DNA from: Acidimicrobiia bacterium
GTDB lineage: Bacteria > Actinomycetota > Acidimicrobiia > Acidimicrobiales > CAIXPF01
Direction of reading: 5' to 3'
NCBI GenBank assembly: GCA_947476745.1
Contig: CANJRG010000019.1
Span: 1,556 to 65,555, forward strand
Length of the DNA stretch: 64,000 nt
Positions 55,250-62,481 of the stretch are shown piece by piece (positions within the stretch are counted from its first letter, which is position 1; every line of letters starts with the position of its first letter). The notes under the pieces are model-generated. The model saw nothing but the letters and a program-made list of their open reading frames with translations, was not told the origin of the DNA and searched no databases. A program made the position numbers and the translations under genes.

Positions 55250-56515
55250 TCAGCGCGCGGTCATCGGGACGTAGTCGCGAACGGACTCGCCGATGTAGAG
55301 CTGCCGGGGCCGGGCGATCCGCTGGTCCTGCGTCAGCATCTCGTCCCAGTGGGCGAGCCAGCCGGTGATGCGCGGGATGCCGAACAGCACGGTGAACATC
55401 TCGATGGGGAAGCCCATGGCCTGGTAGATCAAGCCGGAGTAGAAGTCCACGTTCGGGTACAGACGACGGCTGATGAAATAGTCGTCGGACAGCGCCACCT
55501 CTTCGAGCTTGAGGGCGATGTCGAGCAACGGGTTCGTGCCGGTCACCTCGAAGACGTCGTAGGCGATCTTCTTGATGATCGTGGCCCGGGGGTCGTAGTT
55601 CTTGTACACCCGGTGGCCGAAGCCGAAGATGCGGAACTCACCGCTCTTGGCCCGGGCGACGGCCTCGTCGACTCGGTCGTAGCTGCCGATGTCGGTCAGC
55701 ATGCGGATGACCTGCTCGTTGGCGCCGCCGTGACGGGGGCCGTAGAGGCCGGCTGCGGCGCCGGCGGCGGCCGAGTAGGGGTCGGCATGGGCCGAGCCGA
55801 TGACCCGCATGGCGGTGGTGCCACAGTTCTGCTCATGGTCGGCGTGCAGCATGAACAGCACGTCCATGGCCCGCGCCAGGACGGGGTTGATCTCGTAGTC
55901 GTTGCCGATCCGCCACATCATGTTGAGGAAGTTGGCGGGGAATTCGGCGCTGTTGTCCGGGTAGACGAAGGGCAGGCCCTGGCTGAAGCGGTAGCAGCAG
56001 GCGGCGATGGTGGGCGACTTGGCCACCAGGCGCACTATCTGCTTCATGCGGTTCGCCGGGTCCTCGACGTCCTTCGCCTCGGGGTACAGCGTGGAGAGGG
56101 CACCGAGGGTCGACACGAACATGCCCATCGGGTGGGCGTCGTAGTGGAAGCCCTCCATGAAGCGCTTGCGCACCTGCTCGTGGATGAACGTGTGGTGCGT
56201 GATGTCGTACTTCCACGCCTCGTACTGCGCCGGGGTCGGCAGCTCGCCGTGCAGCAGCAGGTAGGCCACCTCGAGGTAGGTCGACTTCTCGGCCAGCTGC
56301 TCGATCGGGTACCCGCGGTAGCGGAGGATTCCGTTGTCACCGTCGAGTTCGGTGATGGCACTCGACGTCGATGCGGTCGCCCCGAAGCTTGGATCGAAGA
56401 ACCAGATCCCCGGGAGTAGCTTGCTCCATTCCTTGGCGTCGACGCCGCCGTCGGCGATGGGGACCTCCACGGAGTTCCCGGTGCGATTGTCGGTGATGGT
56501 AATGCTGTCGGCCAC
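55250..56515 (-). CDS. gltA: Citrate synthase (type II)
   Basis: LHADHEQNCGT, GPRHGGANE and GFGHRVYKNYDPR are present. Confidence 0.95.
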   Translation of the reverse strand: MADSITITDNRTGNSVEVPIADGGVDAKEWSKLLPGIWFFDPSFGATASTSSAITELDGDNGILRYRGYPIEQLAEKSTYLEVAYLLLHGELPTPAQYEAWKYDITHHTFIHEQVRKRFMEGFHYDAHPMGMFVSTLGALSTLYPEAKDVEDPANRMKQIVRLVAKSPTIAACCYRFSQGLPFVYPDNSAEFPANFLNMMWRIGNDYEINPVLARAMDVLFMLHADHEQNCGTTAMRVIGSAHADPYSAAAGAAAGLYGPRHGGANEQVIRMLTDIGSYDRVDEAVARAKSGEFRIFGFGHRVYKNYDPRATIIKKIAYDVFEVTGTNPLLDIALKLEEVALSDDYFISRRLYPNVDFYSGLIYQAMGFPIEMFTVLFGIPRITGWLAHWDEMLTQDQRIARPRQLYIGESVRDYVPMTAR

Positions 56516-56752
56516 CCGAGCTCCCTCAGCCCTGCGTTAGGAAAGAACGAGGGTGGACTCGACGCTGAGTCCGACCCGAGGGTGCAACATAGCCCCTGCG
56601 GTCACTGATCGGTAGGTATGCCGTCCTAGATCCCACAACGGGAGGACGCCAGGGCCCTCCGGCAGAGGTGCTTCGGCCGAATCCTGGCCGTCCGCAAGCC
56701 CACGTTCCCGGCACCACCCGACCGCGAGCGGGTCCGGCTCGGCTGAGGTCGC

Positions 56753-58177
56753 TCAGAGCGGGGTGTTGTCGTGGCGCCGGCCGACCAGGCGTTCCTGTTT
56801 GGTCTCGAGCGCCTCGATGGCGTGGCACAGTTCCCGGCGGGTGTCGGCTGGGTCGATGACCGCGTCGACCGTGCCGCGCCCGGCGGCTATGTAGGGGTTG
56901 AGCAGCCGGGACTCGTAGGAGGCCACGAACTCCTCGCGCTCCTCGGCGCTACCGCGCCGCATCAGGATCTCGGCGGCCTGGCGGGCGCCCATCACCGCGA
57001 TCTCGGCCGAGGGCCACGCCAGCATCAGGTCGTTGCCCATGAAGCGGGAGTCCATGACGATGTAGGCCCCGCCGTAGGACTTGCGCAGGGTGACACCGAT
57101 GCGTGGCACCGTGGCCCGGGCGTAGGCGAAGGCGAGCTGTGCCCCGTGGCGGATCATGCCGCGCCACTCGAGGTCTTTGCCGGGGTAGAAGCCGGGGGTG
57201 TCCACCAGGGTGATCAGTGGCAGGTTGAAGGCGTCGCAGAAGGCCACGAAGCGGGCCCCCTTCTGCGATGCCGGGATGTCGAGCGTGCCGGCGACGGACT
57301 GCGGCTGGTTGGCGATCAGTCCGACCGGGCGGCCCCCGAAGCTGGTCAGCGCGGTCACCAGGTTGGGCGCCCAGCCGGCTCGCAGCTCGAGCACCGCGGC
57401 GTCGTCGGCGAGGCAGGCGATGACCTTGCGGATGTCGTAGCTGCCGGTCGCGCCGACGGGGAGGAGGTCACCGGCCTCGGGGGTGGGACGGTCGATGGGA
57501 TCGTCGGTGGCCAGGCGGGCCGGTAGGTCGTCGCAATGGTCGGGCAGGTAGCCGAGCAGTTCGGTCAGCAGTGCGAGGGCGGCCTCGCGGTCGGGGACCA
57601 CGTCGATCGCCGTACCGGAGTCGCGGGCGTGGACCCAGGCACCACCGAGTTCGGCGGGGGAGACCTCCTCGCCGGTGAACGCCTTGACCATGTTCGGCCC
57701 GCTGACGTAGGCGTAGGCGGCGGCGGTCATCACCACCTGGTCGGCGAGGCCCAGCAGCAGGGCCGGGCCACTGATGGCCGGGCCGTCGACGGCCACGAGG
57801 ATCGGCACGATCCCCGAGCAGCGCACCACCGCCCGGGCCGCGGTACCCCAGCCGTGCAGGGCGGGAAGGCCTTCGCCGATGTCGGCCCCGGAGGAGGCCA
57901 GGATCAGCACCAGAGGCAGGCGCATGGTGCGGGCGGCATCGGCGGCAGCGGCGATCCGGACGCCGTCGGCGGCCTGCAGTGCCCCAAGGTGTGCCCCGAA
58001 ATGCGATTCGACGAGGACGACCTCACGGTCGCCGAGCCGGCGTACGTCGGCCCGGGTGGAACCGGCCATCCGCGAGCGGAACGACAACGCCGGAGGGGGG
58101 ACCACGTCGGTAACCGACCTGCCGGGATGCGGAACGGTTACGTCCGGGGGGTGATTTCCCACGAACGTGCCGTTCAC
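56753..58177 (-). CDS. Acyl-CoA carboxylase carboxyltransferase (beta) subunit
   Basis: The carboxyl_transferase two-domain pattern is present (PLVLILASSGADIGEG..., PLITLVDTPGFYPGKDLEWRGMIRHGA). The GTG start overlaps the LysR stop (GTGA). Confidence 0.85.
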   Translation of the reverse strand: MNGTFVGNHPPDVTVPHPGRSVTDVVPPPALSFRSRMAGSTRADVRRLGDREVVLVESHFGAHLGALQAADGVRIAAAADAARTMRLPLVLILASSGADIGEGLPALHGWGTAARAVVRCSGIVPILVAVDGPAISGPALLLGLADQVVMTAAAYAYVSGPNMVKAFTGEEVSPAELGGAWVHARDSGTAIDVVPDREAALALLTELLGYLPDHCDDLPARLATDDPIDRPTPEAGDLLPVGATGSYDIRKVIACLADDAAVLELRAGWAPNLVTALTSFGGRPVGLIANQPQSVAGTLDIPASQKGARFVAFCDAFNLPLITLVDTPGFYPGKDLEWRGMIRHGAQLAFAYARATVPRIGVTLRKSYGGAYIVMDSRFMGNDLMLAWPSAEIAVMGARQAAEILMRRGSAEEREEFVASYESRLLNPYIAAGRGTVDAVIDPADTRRELCHAIEALETKQERLVGRRHDNTPL

Positions 58178-59100
58178 AGCTCGCGCTGAGTCGGGTGGAT
58201 GCCGATCTGGCCGGCCGATTCGGCACGCACCGCGTCGTGGATGACCCGGTGTACCGCGCGGGCAGCAGCCGAGGGTAGGCCGCGTCGCCGCCGGACCAGG
58301 CCGACCGATCGTGGCGTCATGCCGGCAATGGGGATCCGCTTCCAGTGGCCCAGGCTGAGCAGCCAGTCGGGGGCGGCGCTGGCGGGGACGATGGCGGCCC
58401 CGAAGCCCTGGAAGGCGAGGGTGGCGACCAGGCGTAGGCCGTCGATCTCGGCTTTGGGTCGCAGCGTCACCCCGGCGGCCGCGGCGGCGGCGTCGAGCTC
58501 GGAGCGGAACACGGTGCCGACCGCCGCCAGCAGCAGCTCGTGGTCGGCCACGTCGGTGAGGGTGACCTGCTGGCGGTCGGCCAGGGGGTGGTCCCCGGGG
58601 GCGATCATGACCCGGTCCTCGTCGAAGAGCGGTTCCTCGAACACGTCGGGGTCGTCGGTGGGCAGGTTGACCACGGCGAGATCGATCTCGCCGCGGCCCA
58701 GCTGGGGGAGAAGCATCGAGGTGGTGGCGTCGACCACGACCAGGCGCACCTGGGGGTGTTCCCTCGACAGGCGGTCGAACACCAGGGGGACCAGCCAGCG
58801 GGCGGTGGTGCCGATCACCCCCACCCGGGCGGACCCGGAGATCTCGTCGTGCATCGATGCCACGTCGGAGGTGAGGGCCTCGAGCTCGCCGCGGATGCGC
58901 CGGGCCCGCTCCACCACCACCCGGCCTTCCTCGGTCACGGTGCTGTTGGCCCGGTCGACGAGCACCACCCCGAGCTCGCGCTCGAGGCGGGCCACGTGGG
59001 TGGACACATTCGATTGCACCGTGTGCAAGGCGCGGGCCGCCGCGGAGAACGTTCCATGGTCGGCCACGGCGAGCAGAGCGGAGAGCTGGCGGAGGTCCAT
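58174..59100 (-). CDS. LysR-family transcriptional regulator
   Basis: MDLRQLSALLAVADHGTFSAAARALHTVQSNVSTHVARLE is the LTTR HTH. The ATG is at 59100. Confidence 0.85.
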   Translation of the reverse strand: MDLRQLSALLAVADHGTFSAAARALHTVQSNVSTHVARLERELGVVLVDRANSTVTEEGRVVVERARRIRGELEALTSDVASMHDEISGSARVGVIGTTARWLVPLVFDRLSREHPQVRLVVVDATTSMLLPQLGRGEIDLAVVNLPTDDPDVFEEPLFDEDRVMIAPGDHPLADRQQVTLTDVADHELLLAAVGTVFRSELDAAAAAAGVTLRPKAEIDGLRLVATLAFQGFGAAIVPASAAPDWLLSLGHWKRIPIAGMTPRSVGLVRRRRGLPSAAARAVHRVIHDAVRAESAGQIGIHPTQREL

Positions 59101-59135
59101 CGCTTGCAATGATGGCACATATCGCCGACTACTGT

Positions 59136-59164
59136 TTGACAGATCTTGTGCGCTGGTGCACAAT
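59136..59164 (+). promoter_or_regulatory. Sigma-70-like promoter TTGACA-17 nt-CACAAT, overlapped by the LTTR-box-like palindrome TTGTGC-N6-GCACAA (59146-59163)
   Basis: A consensus -35 hexamer, unusual in this GC-rich DNA, with exact 17-nt spacing. The palindrome lies 46-63 nt upstream of the divergent LysR ATG. Confidence 0.4.
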
Positions 59165-59170
59165 GTCCCT

Positions 59171-59308
59171 ACACAAGTTGGACGCTTTGATCCGGAACCC
59201 CCACCGGAGGCGTACAGCAGGCGCAGCACCAGGTCCCCCCCGACGTGCTGACAGCCGAGAAGCGCCTGGTCCTCCTTCCCCCCTTGGACCAGGCGCTTCG
59301 TGTTTTCC
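59171..59308 (+). ncRNA. Candidate small RNA with three C-rich hairpin loops (6C-motif-like), ending in an intrinsic terminator
   Basis: Three hairpins are visible:
- 59191-59208, loop AACCCCCA
- 59224-59250, loop CCCCCC
- 59259-59299, a 14-bp perfect stem with loop UCCUUCCCCCCUU, followed by GUGUUUUCC
I found no convincing ORF or RBS. Confidence 0.5.
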
Positions 59309-59357
59309 GCCGGCCGGGTCGGTGCTCGGCCCGGCACGTTGCGAACCGGCCCCGCCC

Positions 59358-59405
59358 GATTCAGTGGCGGTCGGATTCAGTGGCGGTCGGATTCAGTGGC
59401 GGTCG
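59358..59405. repeat. Three perfect tandem copies of the 16-mer GATTCAGTGGCGGTCG
   Basis: Read directly from the sequence. The repeat spans the stop codon of the MauE-like gene. Confidence 0.95.
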
Positions 59406-59922
59406 GGTTCGACCGGCGTGGTGAGATCGGACCGGCCCGTCCCCTGCGGCGCAGCGCCCGCGTCGACGTCACCGCGGTCAGGGCCACCACCACGGCCACC
59501 ACGACCGCGGCGGTGCTCGGCCATCGCGGCCAGTCACCGACGCACGCCACGGTTGCGGTGGCGATCAACCACACGTTGCGGACCACGTCGGCGACCGACA
59601 GCGGGTCGGTGCCCCGCCCGCCGAAGCAGTGGCAGGCCGCGCTGACCCCCGCCCTCAGCCGCAGGCTCAGGAAAACGGTGAAGGCCACCAGCAGGGCCGC
59701 GGCGAGCAGGGCCATACCGGCGGGGACGAGCAGCAGCCCCACGGCCAGGGCGGCCTCGACCGCGGGCACGGTTCGCGCCGCGGTCCAGGGGCGGGGCACG
59801 CCGAGCGCCCGGAACCCCCTGGCGGTGCCGGCTGGGTCGCGCCACTTGGCCGCGGCGGCCACCAGGAACACGCCCGCCAGCACGACGGCGGCGAGGTAGG
59901 GCAGGCCGCGCAGCGCGCTCAT
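59377..59922 (-). CDS. MauE/DoxX-family membrane protein
   Basis: A 4-TM protein with FLVAAAAKWRDP and a CHCFG motif. The ATG is at 59922. Confidence 0.6.
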   Translation of the reverse strand: MSALRGLPYLAAVVLAGVFLVAAAAKWRDPAGTARGFRALGVPRPWTAARTVPAVEAALAVGLLLVPAGMALLAAALLVAFTVFLSLRLRAGVSAACHCFGGRGTDPLSVADVVRNVWLIATATVACVGDWPRWPSTAAVVVAVVVALTAVTSTRALRRRGRAGPISPRRSNPTATESDRH

Positions 59923-59938
59923 CGCCCGCCTTGCCGGA

Positions 59939-60856
59939 TCAGAGTTCGGGCCAGCGCCGCCGGGTCGGCTTGCCGGTCCCGTTGCGCGACGCGCTCTTGG
60001 CCCAGGCTCGGCGCCACGACACCGCGTTCGGACCGGACAGCGAGGGGGTGGTCCCGGCATGGGCCCGCTTGCGGGCCTGCCACCAGTCGGAGGTGGCCTC
60101 GTCGGCGAGGGTGGCGACGGCCTGTTCGATCCGTTGGGCCATACGCCGGGCGTCCTCGCCTGGCTGGGCGTGCAGCGGCGGGCCGAAGGTCAGCGTGGTC
60201 GAGCCGGGGGTGGGAAAGCTCTTGCCCTTGGGCATGATGCGGTCGGTGCCGGCGACGTACACCGGCACCACCGGGACCTCACAGCGGATGGCCAGGTAGG
60301 CGGCTCCGCCCTTGAACTCCTGGCCCCAGCCGTCGGGGCTGCGCCCGCCCTCGGGGTAGATCAGCAGCGACCAGCCGGCGTCGATCAGCGAGGCCGCGTG
60401 CATGGCCGACCGGCGGTTGACCTTGGTCCGCTCGATGGGGATGGCGTTGAGGGCCAGTGCCGAGGCGATGCCGGCGAGGCGGTTGGGGAAGAAGTAGTCG
60501 GCCGCGGCCCCGACGAACATCTTGGTACGCCACGGCTTGGGAAGCCGCCGCAGCAGCAGCGGGGTGTCGACGTGGCTGTGGTGGTTCGCAACGAAGATCA
60601 GCGGCTGGTCCTCGTCGAGGTCCTCGAGCCGGTCGAGGCCCCGCAGGTTGGGGTCGGCGACGACCCGGACGACCGGCTCGACGACGACCTCGTGCAGGAC
60701 CCGTCGGGCGATCCGGGCGGCCGGCTTGCGGGCCCACGCGGTCTCGAAGTCGACCCCGGTTCGCGGCGGTTCGGCCTTGGGCTGCACCGATGCGGGCACC
60801 GACGGGGAACGCAACGGGAACGACATCCGCCGGGCCCACTGCCTCGGGGTCATCAC
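59939..60856 (-). CDS. 1-acyl-sn-glycerol-3-phosphate (lysophospholipid) acyltransferase, PlsC family
   Basis: The HX4D motif FVANHHSHVDTP and the YPEGGRSPDG motif are present. Confidence 0.85.
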   Translation of the reverse strand: MMTPRQWARRMSFPLRSPSVPASVQPKAEPPRTGVDFETAWARKPAARIARRVLHEVVVEPVVRVVADPNLRGLDRLEDLDEDQPLIFVANHHSHVDTPLLLRRLPKPWRTKMFVGAAADYFFPNRLAGIASALALNAIPIERTKVNRRSAMHAASLIDAGWSLLIYPEGGRSPDGWGQEFKGGAAYLAIRCEVPVVPVYVAGTDRIMPKGKSFPTPGSTTLTFGPPLHAQPGEDARRMAQRIEQAVATLADEATSDWWQARKRAHAGTTPSLSGPNAVSWRRAWAKSASRNGTGKPTRRRWPEL

Positions 60857-62448
60857 GTCACGTCCGCCATGAGCACGGGCGGGTTGTGGTAGTGGGTGAT
60901 CGTCGGATGCCGGCCGACCACGTCGGAGGCCATCTCGAGGGCGTCGGCGAAGGTCGACGCCGGCATGAAGCCCAGCCGCCGCACCGCCCGTGGGTCACCA
61001 CCGACGATGATGACCCGGCCGAGGTGTGCCATCGCGTGGCTGCCCCAATACCACATGTAGAACGGGTGCACGCCGTGGTAGGCGTAGCTGGTGCGGTAGA
61101 GGTGGCGGTACCACTCGTCCTCGGCGAAGGACTTCTCGTACTTCTGCTCGATGACCAGCGGGTCGGTGGTCTCCGAGAGCACCTGCTCGAAGAAGTCGAT
61201 GTAGCTGGGGTGGTGCACCGGGTGGAACTCCCACGGGGTGGGATGGCTCATGATGAGCACCCCGCCCTCGCGCACCAGCGGCCGGCCACGGTAGAGGTTG
61301 AAGAAGTACCCCAGACCCAGGCACATGACCAGGATCGGGTTCATGATCGAGTTCACGTTGTACGGGCAGATGTACGGCAGACCCATGGTGAGGATGTCGG
61401 TCTGGCCCTCGACCGGCACCAGGTGCTGGCGGTACACGTGCTCGGTGGTGACCTTGTGCACCGACTCGACGTCGCCGGCCTGGATCGAGGTCATCTCGTA
61501 GGGTGCCTGCCAGGAGCTGAACATCTTGCGCCGGGCCGACGCCGGCATGCGCTTGAGGCCGGCCTGCATGCCGAGGAACGTGGCCCGGTCCTTGGCCGAC
61601 CATTCCCACTCGCGCTTCTGCAGCACCGACAGCGGGCCGCTGGTGCCGAAGCTGTTGTTGTTGACCGTGGTCTCGATCTGGAAGATCTTCGGCCCCGACT
61701 GGCGCAGCACCTTGCCCATCCGCCAGTTCGACGAGTGCAGCTCGGAGCGGTGCTGGTCCATGAAGCTCTTGGAGGCCTGCATGGTCTTGACGTTGTGGTT
61801 GTGGCGCAGGGCGGTGTAACCCGACAGACCGGTGGCGGTCGACTTCCAGCCACCGTCCATCGACACCAGGTTGATGTTGACGTACACCAGCAGGTCGCTC
61901 TCGGCGGCCCGCCGGTTCATCTGCACGTCCTCGCCGTGCGGCGTGGTGCCGAGGATGACCATGCCCTCGGGGTCCTCGGCGTCGTGGTTGTACAGCTTGC
62001 CAGTGGGGGCGAAGGCGTCGTACACCCGGTCGCCGACCGCATGGCGCAGCTCGGCCTCGGTCATGCGGCGGTGCAACGCCAGCGCGGCGATGATCTCCAC
62101 GTCGTCGACACCGGCCGCCGCGGCGCTGTCGAGCACGGCCTCGATGACCCGCTGGCGGATGTCCGGCCGCCGCATCGGCGGCAGGGGCAGCGAGATGTCG
62201 TCGAAGGCGATGGTCAACTTCATGCCCGGGAACAGCAACGCCGACAGCGGCTCGCTGTCGTAGGGGTGCTCGAGGGCGTGACGGATGGCGGTGTCGGGGT
62301 CCTTGAGGCCGGGCAGCGGTTCGGCCGGGTAGATGACCCGGCTCCGGCCGACCGGCAGCTTCTCGAGCCGGAAACCCTCACCGTGGTGGAACAGGATCGG
62401 CGGGGTCGAACCATCGACCTCCAACACGAAACCGGGACGGGGAGCCAT
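60853..62448 (-). CDS. Lactate-racemase-domain (LarA-like, DUF2088) protein
   Basis: LTIAFDDISLPLP, IIAALALHRRMT, YNHDAED, MDGGWKSTATGLSG and RHNHN are collinear with LarA N-terminal and catalytic-core motifs. At 531 aa it is longer than LarA as I recall it. Confidence 0.7.
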   Translation of the reverse strand: MAPRPGFVLEVDGSTPPILFHHGEGFRLEKLPVGRSRVIYPAEPLPGLKDPDTAIRHALEHPYDSEPLSALLFPGMKLTIAFDDISLPLPPMRRPDIRQRVIEAVLDSAAAAGVDDVEIIAALALHRRMTEAELRHAVGDRVYDAFAPTGKLYNHDAEDPEGMVILGTTPHGEDVQMNRRAAESDLLVYVNINLVSMDGGWKSTATGLSGYTALRHNHNVKTMQASKSFMDQHRSELHSSNWRMGKVLRQSGPKIFQIETTVNNNSFGTSGPLSVLQKREWEWSAKDRATFLGMQAGLKRMPASARRKMFSSWQAPYEMTSIQAGDVESVHKVTTEHVYRQHLVPVEGQTDILTMGLPYICPYNVNSIMNPILVMCLGLGYFFNLYRGRPLVREGGVLIMSHPTPWEFHPVHHPSYIDFFEQVLSETTDPLVIEQKYEKSFAEDEWYRHLYRTSYAYHGVHPFYMWYWGSHAMAHLGRVIIVGGDPRAVRRLGFMPASTFADALEMASDVVGRHPTITHYHNPPVLMADVT

Positions 62449-62481
62449 GGGTGCGAACGGTCCTTACTGGGCGTGGCCGGG

